Shown here piece by piece: positions 46,965 to 55,721 of a stretch of DNA of 55,721 bases (its first letter is position 1; the number at the start of each line of letters is the position of its first letter). The stretch lies in the NCBI GenBank assembly GCA_964589445.1, contig CAZPQX010000005.1:1-55721 (forward strand), in the 5' to 3' direction. The stretch comes from an uncultured Candidatus Saccharibacteria bacterium. GTDB taxonomy: Bacteria; Patescibacteriota; Minisyncoccia; Phycocordibacterales; WO2-35-19. Both the position numbers and the translations under genes were made by a program. Below the pieces are notes generated by a model. The model had not been told where the DNA came from and did no database searches. It saw nothing but the letters and a program-made list of their open reading frames with translations.

Positions 46965-47489
46965 ATGAATTTGTGGCACGAAATTGACCCAGGCAATAAG
47001 GAAGAGATGAATGTCATCATCGAGATCAATAAAGGTTCCAAAAACAAATATGAAGTAGACAAGAAAACTGGCCTCATTGCTCTCGACCGTGCCATGCACA
47101 CGGCTCAAGACTTCCCTTTTGACTACGGCTTCGTGCCCCAGAGCCTCTGGCACGACAACGACCCTCTCGATGTCATAGTCCTCACCACTTACCCTCTTCT
47201 CCCTGGGGTTTTGGTACGTGCTAGACCAGTAGGTATCATGAACATGATAGACGGCGGCGAAGGCGACGACAAAGTGATATCAGTCCCTACAGACGACCCA
47301 AGATGGGAACACGTCAAAGATATCGCCGACCTTAACAAACACACACTCAAAGAAATGGAACACTTCTACTCTACCTACAAAAAGCTTCAAAACAAACACG
47401 TCGAAGTCACTGGTTTCCAAGGAAAAGAAGCGGCTGAGAAAGCGTTTGAAGAGAGCCTTTCTATATACAAATCCAAATATTCAAAATAA
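46965..47489 (+). CDS. ppa: Inorganic pyrophosphatase (family I)
   Basis: VIIEINKGSKNKYEVDK, YGFVPQSLWHDNDPLDV and DGGEGDDKV. Confidence 0.95.
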   Translation: MNLWHEIDPGNKEEMNVIIEINKGSKNKYEVDKKTGLIALDRAMHTAQDFPFDYGFVPQSLWHDNDPLDVIVLTTYPLLPGVLVRARPVGIMNMIDGGEGDDKVISVPTDDPRWEHVKDIADLNKHTLKEMEHFYSTYKKLQNKHVEVTGFQGKEAAEKAFEESLSIYKSKYSK

Positions 47490-47586
47490 AGAATATTTTC
47501 TAAATATTCTTTATCCTCTTTAAAAAAGAAGCCGGACATACTACAATGTAGATGTCCGGTTTTGGTTTAAAAATTAATTCTAAACA

Positions 47587-48366
47587 ATGAAAAATAAGTT
47601 ATTTTTAGCAACAATACTTGCATCTATGGTGTTTACACCATTTGTTTCAAGTGCCAATGATGATGTTTCGGTAGAAGTAAAAGCGAGTGCGGGTGTTAAT
47701 AGTGGTAATGCTAAAGTAGAATCTGAAGCAAGGATAAAAGCAAGAGAAGACCTTGAGCTTAGAAAGAAAGAACTCGAACAAAAGAGGGAGTCAATGAAAG
47801 CAGAGATAGAAGCAAAAAGAGAGACAATGAAGGCTGAAATTGATGCAAAAAAAGATGAGATAGATGAAAAGAAAGATACAATAAAAGCTCAAATAGAAGA
47901 AAGAAAGCAAAATATAAAAAATGAAGTTGAAGAAAGGAGGTCAAACGCTGTGGGTGTAATAAAAGAAAGAATAGGCTCATTTACTCAAAATGTAATAAAA
48001 AGATTTAATGCGGCCATTGAAAGACTCGACACTCTTGCACAAAGAATTGATTCAAGAATAGCAAAAATAGAAGCCGAGGGTGGTGATACCACGAAAGCCA
48101 AAGAGCTTATGGCGGTAGCCAAAACACAGCTTGAAACAGCAAAAATAAGTACTTCTGGAGTAGAACTTGAAATCCAAACTCTCATCTCGACCGAAGCTTC
48201 AACCACAGCCGAAATAAAAGACGAATTTGATTCTCTTAAAAATCAGATAGAGAAAGCTAAAGGGGATATCAAAAAAGCACACGAGAGTCTAGTAGAAGTT
48301 ATAAACAGCCTAAAAAAAGTTCAGATTAGAGCCACGACTACAGCTTCGACCACAACTTCAAATTAA
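47587..48366 (+). CDS. Secreted coiled-coil repeat protein
   Basis: Signal peptide (LATILASMVFTPFVSSA) and repetitive KAEIEAKRETMKAEIDAKKDEI heptad-like region. Confidence 0.6.
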   Translation: MKNKLFLATILASMVFTPFVSSANDDVSVEVKASAGVNSGNAKVESEARIKAREDLELRKKELEQKRESMKAEIEAKRETMKAEIDAKKDEIDEKKDTIKAQIEERKQNIKNEVEERRSNAVGVIKERIGSFTQNVIKRFNAAIERLDTLAQRIDSRIAKIEAEGGDTTKAKELMAVAKTQLETAKISTSGVELEIQTLISTEASTTAEIKDEFDSLKNQIEKAKGDIKKAHESLVEVINSLKKVQIRATTTASTTTSN

Positions 48367-48393
48367 TAAATTAGATACTAAAATAAAAACAAA

Positions 48394-48711
48394 ATGGACA
48401 CTTTCAATCCAAGCCAAATGCCTGCACAAAACCCAATACAAGAGGAGAAAAAATCTATCGGCCCTCTTATCTCAGTCATCATCATACTGGCCCTCATAAT
48501 AATAGGCGGTCTTTACTTCCTAAAAGAGAGGTCAAATCAAAACAGATATATTCCTGAGATACAAGAAGAAGGTGATCCTGTTACGAATTCTCTTATGCAA
48601 CAGGGTAATTCTGACGACCTAAACTCCATAGAGGCAGATCTAAATGCTACCGATGTAAACAACTTAGACCAAGGAGCCGCTGCAATCCAAGCAGAGATGC
48701 AGGCACAGTAG
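48394..48711 (+). CDS. Small single-TM protein
   Basis: 105 aa with one TM (LISVIIILALIIIGGLYF). Followed by a strong terminator (48734-48766). Confidence 0.5.
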   Translation: MDTFNPSQMPAQNPIQEEKKSIGPLISVIIILALIIIGGLYFLKERSNQNRYIPEIQEEGDPVTNSLMQQGNSDDLNSIEADLNATDVNNLDQGAAAIQAEMQAQ

Positions 48712-48781
48712 GTACACTTCCCCACCAACTCACAAAAAAGCCGGCGTATAGCGCCGGCTTTTTTGTGTTAATATTTTCCTT

Positions 48782-49579
48782 ATGAAAATAATATCTTGGA
48801 ACGTAAATGGCATAAGAGCAATTCACAAAAAAGGCCTACTTGTACCTTTTATAGAAAAATACAAGCCAGATATACTGTGTCTACAAGAAACAAAAGCAAA
48901 GCAAAACCAAAGCGAGGTTGATTTGCCCGAATACGAAGAATATTGGAATAGTGCAGAAAAGGCAGGCTACAGTGGCACAGCTATTTTTAGCAAAATCAAA
49001 CCCTTAAGTGTCCTCCTTGGCTTCCCTACTGATATTTGTGATAAATATAAGTTAGCAGAAGATAGCTATGGCGACCCGAGCAAAGAAGGCAGAGTTTTGA
49101 CAGCCGAATTCAAAGATTTTTATTTGGTCAACGTATATACTCCAAACTCAAAAGGTGATTTGAGTCGACTCCCCCTTCGTCACAAATATTGGGATCCGGC
49201 ATTTTTGGAATACATTTCAGTATTAAAAAATAAAAAGAGTGTTATTTTTTGTGGAGATTTAAATGTCGCACACACAGAAGAAGACCTTGCAAACCCCAAA
49301 CAAAACGAGGGAGAACATGGTTTTACAAAAGAAGAAAGGCTCGGAGTAGACAACATGATAAAGTCAGGATTTGTTGATACTTTTAGACATTTCACTCCAG
49401 AAGGAAATGGCTATTACACCTGGTGGAGTCACTTTGCCAAATCAAGAGAGAGAAATATAGGGTGGCGTATAGACTACTTCTTTGCAAATAAAGAGATGAT
49501 GCCTCACATAAAATCTTCAACAATACTGCCTGATACCCAAGGCTCCGACCACTGCCCTATCGTATTAGAACTCAAATAA
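48782..49579 (+). CDS. xth: Exodeoxyribonuclease III
   Basis: MKIISWNVNGIRA, LCLQETK, GDLNVAH and SDHCPI. Confidence 0.93.
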   Translation: MKIISWNVNGIRAIHKKGLLVPFIEKYKPDILCLQETKAKQNQSEVDLPEYEEYWNSAEKAGYSGTAIFSKIKPLSVLLGFPTDICDKYKLAEDSYGDPSKEGRVLTAEFKDFYLVNVYTPNSKGDLSRLPLRHKYWDPAFLEYISVLKNKKSVIFCGDLNVAHTEEDLANPKQNEGEHGFTKEERLGVDNMIKSGFVDTFRHFTPEGNGYYTWWSHFAKSRERNIGWRIDYFFANKEMMPHIKSSTILPDTQGSDHCPIVLELK

Positions 49580-49645
49580 AAATTCTTAAAGATAAACAAA
49601 AAGCCTTACTAAGTAAGGCTTTTTGTTTATCTTTATCCCACTACC

Positions 49646-49867
49646 CTACATAGACTGCATAGTAGTAGAGCCTTTCACCTCACAATGTTTGCAATAGTCC
49701 TTGTGTGTAAATAGTTCGATGATTGCAGCAAGCGCAACGAGAATATAAACAATGTTTGCGATACTCGAACCTATAAATCTTTCAACCCCAAAACCAAAAA
49801 CTTCAAGGCCCCAATTGAGACCACCCACTACAAGCAATATAAAATTTATCGTGTGAAGAAACTTCAT
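49646..49867 (-). CDS. DUF378-family small membrane protein
   Basis: LLVVGGLNWGL motif and two TM helices. Confidence 0.7.
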   Translation of the reverse strand: MKFLHTINFILLVVGGLNWGLEVFGFGVERFIGSSIANIVYILVALAAIIELFTHKDYCKHCEVKGSTTMQSM

Positions 49868-50379
49868 AACTAAATCAAATAACCAATAATTTAAGTATTA
49901 TATAGCTTTTTGTAATTTTTTAATAATAAAAGTGTTGATTTCTAGCCAAACAAAAAACCGCCCAGTCAAAGCGAGTGGAGATTCGCTATTTCTTGGCGGT
50001 TTGGCGCCAACTAGTGGCGCAAAGAACTGATTCCCGGCCCCGCTCTTAAACACAACTGGAGGAAAAGTTATGTACAAAAGCGGAGCCGAGTTAAAGAGAG
50101 ATTCAGTCGAACGCGCGATTATCGCAAGCTTCTTGGGTTATCATATTCCATTTTTTAAAAATACGATGAGAATATATAAACTACTTTGCTTGTTTATCAA
50201 CCAAATCTTCTTTTTTCAACGAACTACTATCGCGGACCGAGCACGGGCACAGACCCGAAACAAAACAATGAACTAATTGCTGATTATAAATACTTCTTCT
50301 TTTAAAAAATATCAGCGTCTGATATAAGGATAATGTCTTATATGAAAAGTGTAAAGGACAAGTTGTGGATAACTGTCTT

Positions 50380-51873
50380 TTATGTGACTTTATACTTTTG
50401 TCTTATTTGATTAAGCTCTTCTTCTTCCTGACTTTTAAGCTTATCTTTGCCTTTATTTGCAATGTTTTTTAACTCTTCTTCAGAAAGAAGGTTTAGCTCC
50501 CCTACCCTTTTTAACAAATATTCTTCTGTATTTAATTTAGGATCTTCGAGGACTTCTTCCATAAGTGCATTTAATATATTTCCTATTTTTGGTCCGGGTT
50601 TAATACTCAAAATTTCCATTATTTTATTACCATCAACTTTGAGCATATTTACGGAAACTGGGTCCCTCATCACCTCCTCTATCATAGATTGATACTTTCT
50701 GAGTCTATATGGCTGTTCCTTTGGCCTACCTGTACCTATACGGTCACAAACCCTTACATTCATCAAATCCCAAACATTATCCTTGCCGACATTAGCAACG
50801 AGCCTCCTTACCGCTGAAGGTGTTATTGACTCAGTATCAGAAAAAAACATATGCCACCTAACCAATTTGGTTACTTTGTCTATAGTTTCACGTGAAAACT
50901 TAAGATTTTGAAGTATTTTCCTAGTTACATGTGAACCAACCACCTCATGCCCGTAAAAAGTATAGCTATTACTATCTTTATCGAATCTTCTTGTTTCTGG
51001 CTTTGCTATATCATGGAGTAGGGCAGCTAGTCTCACATGTAACGGATAACCCTTGTCTGCGGCATGCTGTAAGCTTTTTAATAGGTGAGTCCAGACATCA
51101 TAAATATGAACTCCTCTTTGCTCTATTCCTATAGCATCTTCGAGTTCTGGCATAATATGGTGCAATAAACCAAGCTTTTGAGCCATTATAAGGCCATTCA
51201 TAGGCCTCGAAGACATGATTATTTTTGTAAACTCATCCCGGACTCTTTCTTTTGAAACTTCTCCTAAAACATAACCTTTTTCAAGAATTGCTTTCTCTGT
51301 CTCAGGGTCAATAGGGAAGTCTAGTTCCACATGGAACCTAACAGCCCTTATAATCCTCAAACCATCCTCAGAAAAACGCTCTATCGGGCTCCCAACAGCT
51401 TTTATAATACCCTTATGTAAATCAACCACCCCTCCAAAAGGGTCTATTATCTCAGCATTTTCAGGGTCATATGCTATGGAGTTTATAGTAAAATCCCTTC
51501 TTTTGAGGTCGTCTAGTATATTTTGGCTAAATTCAACAGTGTCTGGCCTCCTAAAATCAGAGTAAGTGCCTTCAATCCTATAAGGAGTAATCTCTATGAT
51601 TTTCAGGGTTTCATCTGAAACATTTTCATCCACTATGGCTACCGTACCAAAGCTATTTTCATAAAAAGTCTTTTGAAATAAGGGTATTATCTGCTCCGGA
51701 GTTGCATTCGTAGTCACATCCCAATCTTTTGGTTTACGCCCCATAAAAAGGTCTCTGACACAGCCACCAACCAAATAAGCCTCAAAACCTGCATTTTTGA
51801 GTGTATTTGTTACATGGGAAACATTTTCAGGTATATCAAATTTTTCTATTTTGGCTTTCATTTTATTACCCAC
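50380..51873 (-). CDS. cca: CCA-adding enzyme / tRNA nucleotidyltransferase with HD domain
   Basis: GGCVRD, RRDFTINS and HDIAKP (HD). Confidence 0.9.
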   Translation of the reverse strand: MGNKMKAKIEKFDIPENVSHVTNTLKNAGFEAYLVGGCVRDLFMGRKPKDWDVTTNATPEQIIPLFQKTFYENSFGTVAIVDENVSDETLKIIEITPYRIEGTYSDFRRPDTVEFSQNILDDLKRRDFTINSIAYDPENAEIIDPFGGVVDLHKGIIKAVGSPIERFSEDGLRIIRAVRFHVELDFPIDPETEKAILEKGYVLGEVSKERVRDEFTKIIMSSRPMNGLIMAQKLGLLHHIMPELEDAIGIEQRGVHIYDVWTHLLKSLQHAADKGYPLHVRLAALLHDIAKPETRRFDKDSNSYTFYGHEVVGSHVTRKILQNLKFSRETIDKVTKLVRWHMFFSDTESITPSAVRRLVANVGKDNVWDLMNVRVCDRIGTGRPKEQPYRLRKYQSMIEEVMRDPVSVNMLKVDGNKIMEILSIKPGPKIGNILNALMEEVLEDPKLNTEEYLLKRVGELNLLSEEELKNIANKGKDKLKSQEEEELNQIRQKYKVT

Positions 51874-51916
51874 TGCTTACCCGTGAATACGGAGCGAAGC
51901 AAAGTATTTTTACGGG

Positions 51917-51988
51917 TGCGCCCGCCAGGACTCGAACCCAGAATAACGGTTCCGAAGACCGCTGTGATATCCATTTCACCACGGGCGC
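51917..51988 (-). tRNA. tRNA-Arg (anticodon UCG), no encoded CCA
   Basis: Hand-folded. Acceptor GCGCCCG/CGGGCGC, anticodon stem GCGGT/ACCGT with loop CTTCGGA, T loop TTCGAGT. Confidence 0.9.
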
Positions 51989-52051
51989 ATAAGCCAATAG
52001 TATCATGAAATAATCAAAATAGAATACAAACGCTTACTCCGTTCCTTTTTG

Positions 52052-52122
52052 TGCGACCAGGGAGAATCGAACTCCCGTCTCATCCTTGGCAAGGACGTGT
52101 TCTACCACTAAACCATGATCGC
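52052..52122 (-). tRNA. tRNA-Gly (anticodon GCC), no encoded CCA
   Basis: Hand-folded. Acceptor GCGATCA/TGGTCGC, anticodon stem CGTCC/GGATG with loop TTGCCAA, T arm GGGAG-TTCGATT-CTCCC. Confidence 0.9.
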
Positions 52123-52332
52123 GATGTATACAATTTATCACATAAAAATATTTAAACAAATTAGTCCGTTATCCAATACTTTAAAGTGGTATAATGTCTT
52201 TGTTGTATAGTAACTCTTATTTATCAACAAAACTGTGGATAACCTTGGGGACACTGGGTATAAGTCAAGGTCACCAAAATACGAATATGGCTTAAAATAA
52301 GGGTTTTTTAGAGACAGTCTATTATACACAGT

Positions 52333-52797
52333 TTGATGCACGAGTCTGTTAATTTTCCACAAAAACAAGTGGCAAAGCACAACGAAATAGGCAAAAAAGG
52401 GGAGGATATAGCATCAAATTTCCTTATTAAAAAAGGGTTTAATATCATATGCAGGAACTACAGGAAGAAATGGGGTGAACTGGATATAGTGGCATTAAAA
52501 GACAAAAAAGTGCATTTTATAGAGGTCAAGACAGTCAGTAGGACAAGTTTTGGCGGCCATTTTGAGCAAGAGATAAACCACTATAAGCCAGAGGACAATA
52601 TGCACCCTTGGAAGATACAATGCTTGGGTAGAGCAATACAAACCTTTCTTTTAGAGAAATATCCTCCTTCGCGTAAAGCTTCGGCAGGACAAAGCAAAAA
52701 TCAAGAGCCAGAATGGCAGTTAGATCTTTACTGTGTCTTTCTAGACATGGAGAGAAGGGTAGCCAAGATTAGGGTTATACAAAATATAATTTTGTGA
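52333..52797 (+). CDS. yraN: YraN-family (UPF0102) endonuclease-like protein
   Basis: GKKGEDIASNFLIKKGFNIICRNYRKKWGELDIVALKDKKVHFIEVKT. The C-terminal part carries an insertion. Confidence 0.8.
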   Translation: MMHESVNFPQKQVAKHNEIGKKGEDIASNFLIKKGFNIICRNYRKKWGELDIVALKDKKVHFIEVKTVSRTSFGGHFEQEINHYKPEDNMHPWKIQCLGRAIQTFLLEKYPPSRKASAGQSKNQEPEWQLDLYCVFLDMERRVAKIRVIQNIIL

Positions 52798-52820
52798 TAA
52801 GCTTGTTAGGAAAATAAAGA

Positions 52821-52891
52821 CGGGGTGTAGTACAGCGGTAGTATGCACGCTTTGGGAGCGTGAGACCCGAGTTCGATTCTCGGCACCCCGA
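52821..52891 (+). tRNA. tRNA-Pro (anticodon UGG), no encoded CCA
   Basis: Hand-folded. Acceptor CGGGGTG/CACCCCG, anticodon stem CACGC/GCGTG with loop TTTGGGA, T arm CCGAG-TTCGATT-CTCGG. Confidence 0.9.
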
Positions 52892-52896
52892 CAAGA

Positions 52897-53652
52897 TTAT
52901 TTAATAGACAGCATATCTCTAAGTACATTTAGTATTGTACGGAAAGTATCGGCCAGGGGTTTACTAGTAATAACAGTTCCAAAAATAGGTTCTTCTAAAG
53001 TAATAAGTGCAATATTGTCTCCCCAAATCAATATATCCGTAAGATTTTCTCCATATTTTTCGGGTATAAAACAAGTTGAGTATAGGTTAGTAGTAAGTTT
53101 ATTTATGAGAGGACCCGACTTTGTTTGTGAAGAAAAAGTTAGAAGGTCATTGAATTTTATACCATTTTTCGCAACCCTTTTTACATAATTCTCAAAAAAT
53201 TCCGGATCTAAACCAAGCAACCTTTCTGTAGATCCGACGGCATAAACTTCTTGTGATTCTAAAGTCAAATCGTAAATATTTTTTACTTCCTGCCACCCGT
53301 CAAAAAATCTAAAACCAGGCTTGTTTTTTTGGGTGACATATCTAGCTCTCAAATCAGGTAAAACCCTTTCTACACTTTCAAGTCGTCGTTCTAAGCTTAA
53401 TTTGAGGGACTCTGGATCCCTAGCGACATAAGCATCCCTTTTACCTTTTTCCACCAGATCTACCACATCTTTTTCTTGTAAAGATTTCAAGATGTTATAG
53501 CAGTTGGTCCTTGCAATATTTGTACCCTTAGCGATTTGTGGGGGAGTAGAAATACCATTTTGTAGCAAAAATAAGTATATTTCTGCCTCATTTTGTTTTA
53601 AACCTATTTCCCTAAGCTGTTTTATTGTTTTGTTAGTATCTTCATTTGACAT
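52897..53652 (-). CDS. TrmB-family transcriptional regulator
   Basis: N-terminal wHTH LREIGLKQNEAEIYLFLLQNGISTPPQIAKGTNIARTNCYNILKSLQEKDVV. Start set at MSNEDTNK; the track ORF extends to 53724. Confidence 0.75.
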   Translation of the reverse strand: MSNEDTNKTIKQLREIGLKQNEAEIYLFLLQNGISTPPQIAKGTNIARTNCYNILKSLQEKDVVDLVEKGKRDAYVARDPESLKLSLERRLESVERVLPDLRARYVTQKNKPGFRFFDGWQEVKNIYDLTLESQEVYAVGSTERLLGLDPEFFENYVKRVAKNGIKFNDLLTFSSQTKSGPLINKLTTNLYSTCFIPEKYGENLTDILIWGDNIALITLEEPIFGTVITSKPLADTFRTILNVLRDMLSIK

Positions 53653-53734
53653 ACATGTTTGGTTTGATATAATTGTGATTACAAATGCCTTCGGGCCGGC
53701 CCCGCTTTGCGGGGAGAAATACATTGAAAATCCG

Positions 53735-54139
53735 TTAAAGTAAATCTTTGACGGATTTTCTTATATCTTCAAATAATTTTTTATCTAAAAATAATATAAA
53801 TTGGTCTAATCTACGAGTATCTATAAGGCGAATTTGTGAAATTATAACTGATGCTTTTTTACCATCAATTTTCCCTATAGAAATATTATAAGTATTTTTC
53901 TTTATAGAAGTTGTTAGGGGCAAAACTAGGCAAACATGACGACTAAAGCCTTTTAAAATAAGGACTGGTCGTGAGAAATCTTTTCCTGTACCATCTTGCT
54001 CAAAGCCGATATTTACACCAAGTCTACACCAACGTATTTCACGCTCATGATATAGAGGTAAATAACCTTTATTATCATTAGCTTTTTTCTTACTTTCATT
54101 CCATCTATCAAAATCTTTTTTGATAACTTTATTTGTCAT
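53735..54139 (-). CDS. PemK/MazF-family toxin-like protein (no adjacent antitoxin recognised)
   Basis: EIRWCRLGVNIGFEQDG...SRPVLILK...VLPLTT...VIISQIRLIDTRRL matches the MazF/PemK fold pattern. Confidence 0.65.
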   Translation of the reverse strand: MTNKVIKKDFDRWNESKKKANDNKGYLPLYHEREIRWCRLGVNIGFEQDGTGKDFSRPVLILKGFSRHVCLVLPLTTSIKKNTYNISIGKIDGKKASVIISQIRLIDTRRLDQFILFLDKKLFEDIRKSVKDLL

Positions 54140-54212
54140 AAATATTTATACTATTTTTATATAATAAAATAAACAGTATTTTTGTAAAGATATATTGTTG
54201 ATATAAATTATC

Positions 54213-54241
54213 TTGACATTTATTCAAAAAATAGGTATGAT
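54213..54241 (+). promoter_or_regulatory. Consensus sigma70-type promoter
   Basis: TTGACA (54213-54218), 17-bp spacer, TATGAT (54236-54241), about 35 nt upstream of an AAGGAG-preceded ATG. Confidence 0.55.
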
Positions 54242-54275
54242 TATTACAGACAATTCAACACAAGGAGAATGCGCA

Positions 54276-54545
54276 ATGAAAAATGTTCGCAAAATCGAAG
54301 GGCCTCCGATTCCGGAAGCTCTCAAACCGTATTTCGCAAAGTATGAACAAGGTTCTCTTACCGACGAAGGACTCTCTGAGTTCCTGAGACGGTGGCTGGG
54401 CCAGAACGAAGTTGCAGTTGCAGTTCGTGAGAAGTTGGAGAAGGTTCGGACGGAGTTGAACCGAGACGTCGAAGCTCGCACTATGTGTAAGGTTGAGACG
54501 GGCATCGGGGCAGCGCCACCATTGCAAGGCAAGAAGTTCGTGTAG
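54276..54545 (+). CDS. Hypothetical protein (GC-rich cassette, gene 1)
   Basis: 89-aa ORF from an ATG preceded by AAGGAG. GC-rich relative to its flanks. No motif recognised. Confidence 0.5.
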   Translation: MKNVRKIEGPPIPEALKPYFAKYEQGSLTDEGLSEFLRRWLGQNEVAVAVREKLEKVRTELNRDVEARTMCKVETGIGAAPPLQGKKFV

Positions 54546-54589
54546 TAGAGCTCTCCAGTTTGGGATTACGATCTCGAGCTGGGAGAGCT

Positions 54590-54937
54590 ATGAACAACCC
54601 AATCAAAACCTACCAATACTTAAGCTGGTTCATTCACGAGGAAGATGGCACGTGTTATGACGAAGTAAAGCATGACATTTGTCACGGTTCATTTTTCTTT
54701 CTTACGAGGGATCAGCAAAAACGATCTTGGGCGAGAATTGACCTCATGCTCGAGCGGATTACACAAGCTCTGAGAGAGGCTGATATCAACCCCAGGACTC
54801 TGTTTCCGAAAGATGACAAAGACTGGAGGTGGGACAGCAGGAAAAAGAGACTGGCTCATCGACGACAAACATCAGAGAGATTTTGGCCAAACACCAAAAG
54901 TCTCCTGAAGCGCATTCAAGATACGTGGGACGAGTAA
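54590..54937 (+). CDS. Hypothetical Trp/Arg-rich protein (GC-rich cassette, gene 2)
   Basis: 115-aa ORF from an ATG preceded by GGGAGAG. No motif recognised. Confidence 0.5.
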   Translation: MNNPIKTYQYLSWFIHEEDGTCYDEVKHDICHGSFFFLTRDQQKRSWARIDLMLERITQALREADINPRTLFPKDDKDWRWDSRKKRLAHRRQTSERFWPNTKSLLKRIQDTWDE

Positions 54938-54947
54938 CACTACCCAT

Positions 54948-54984
54948 AACCGACCGGCCATTAGTGGCTAGGTCGGTTTTTTGT
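54948..54984 (+). terminator. Intrinsic terminator after the GC-rich cassette
   Basis: AACCGACCGGCCA-TTAG-TGGCTAGGTCGGTT followed by TTTTTG. Confidence 0.65.
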
Positions 54985-55024
54985 TTATCTGAGCTTATAG
55001 ACGGTTTATGCTATCATCTTCCTT

Positions 55025-55721
55025 ATGTCCAAAAACTATGAGGTGCCTGTAAATATTGATGAGGCGAGTGAATTAAGCGAATACGACACCCTTACAGCTA
55101 CACTTCTAAAAAACAGGGGTATCGAAACCAAGAAAGAGGCGGAATTTTTCTTAAATCCTGATTTTGACCTACATCTCCACGACCCATTTTTACTTCCCGA
55201 CATGGAGAAGGGGGTGGGAAGGATTTTGGAAGCAATAGAAAAAAATGAGAGGGTAGCCATTTGGAGCGACTACGATGCAGACGGTATCCCAGGCGGAGCT
55301 CTTCTCCACGACTTTTTTAAACTTATTGGGTTTACCAATTTTGAAAACTACATACCAGACAGGCACAACGAGGGCTACGGGTTAAACAAAGAGGGGATAG
55401 ACCAACTTAAAAATTCTGGCGCCACACTCCTCATCACTATCGATTGCGGCATCAGAGATATCGCCCTCACTGAGCACGCAAAGGATTGTGGTATGGATGT
55501 GATCATCACCGACCACCATGAACCCCACTTCGTTGAATCAAATTCAACTCCGCGGGGCAAGCCCGACCAGAAACTACCAAAAGCTCACGCCGTCATCAAC
55601 CCAAAAAGGGAAGACTCGAAGTATCCAGAAAAAATACTTTGCGGCACGGGAGTAGTCTGGAAACTCATCCAAGCGATACTTTCAAAAAATAGATTCGGGT
55701 TAGAAGAAGGGAAGGAGAAAT
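55025..55721 (+). CDS. recJ: Single-stranded-DNA-specific exonuclease RecJ (5' part; runs off the window)
   Basis: Hand translation from the ATG at 55025 gives DHH-family motifs DYDADGI, TIDCG and ITDHHEP. No stop before the window end. Confidence 0.9.
   Translation, partial: MSKNYEVPVNIDEASELSEYDTLTATLLKNRGIETKKEAEFFLNPDFDLHLHDPFLLPDMEKGVGRILEAIEKNERVAIWSDYDADGIPGGALLHDFFKLIGFTNFENYIPDRHNEGYGLNKEGIDQLKNSGATLLITIDCGIRDIALTEHAKDCGMDVIITDHHEPHFVESNSTPRGKPDQKLPKAHAVINPKREDSKYPEKILCGTGVVWKLIQAILSKNRFGLEEGKEK

Noticed and set aside
49900-50380. tmRNA, RNase P RNA, SRP RNA or a known riboswitch in the large cca/DUF378 spacer
   Set aside because: I looked on both strands for the tmRNA tRNA-like end (GGxxGTTCGAxTC...CCACCA), the RNase P P4 motifs (GAGGAAAGTCCGGGC / ACAGAACCCGGCTTA) and the SRP domain IV motif (GGAAGGAAGCAGC). 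I also looked for ZTP, fluoride and guanidine motifs. Only loose resemblances were found. It is kept as an unclassified structured region in findings.

Overview
This is a low-GC bacterial chromosome fragment. Sampled 60-nt lines in housekeeping parts give about 37-42% G+C. Gene content and style fit a Patescibacteria/CPR (Parcubacteria-like) genome: small housekeeping operons, a 2144-aa surface protein, no rplA after rplK, and tRNA genes without encoded CCA next to a CCA-adding enzyme gene. All homology calls come from motif recognition by eye; no searches were run. From 1 to about 44.9 kb nearly all genes are on the minus strand: argS, a DEDDh exonuclease, dut, glyA, a GC-rich thymidylate-related block, rplK-nusG-secE, folD, a two-component pair, and tuf-rpsJ-rplC-rplD-rplW-rplB-rplS. 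After about 45.1 kb most genes are on the plus strand: nusA, an Flp-like pilin, ppa, xth and recJ. Five tRNA genes were found by folding: His, Leu, Arg, Gly and Pro. The main accessory feature is a ~12.4-kb integrative element (17231-29649) in the 3' end of tRNA-His, bounded by a perfect 19-bp direct repeat. It carries a large serine recombinase whose ORF reads through the att core. It also carries a wHTH Rep-like gene with phased iteron-like repeats, a CsoR-controlled copper-resistance operon, a NERD protein, and an unusual alpha/beta-hydrolase fused to a HEPN-like domain with a small wHTH-TM partner. This last pair is a candidate defence/abortive-infection module. Other points worth a second look are several compositionally foreign GC-rich cassettes, each with its own hairpin terminator. 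One is a four-gene block: a multidomain thymidylate-synthase-family protein, dCMP deaminase, a ParB/Srx-like protein and an NT5C-like HAD nucleotidase. It sits beside dut and glyA. The others are an orphan Flp-type pilin gene and a two-gene cassette next to a solitary MazF-like toxin. No CRISPR array, rRNA gene or prophage structural genes were seen.
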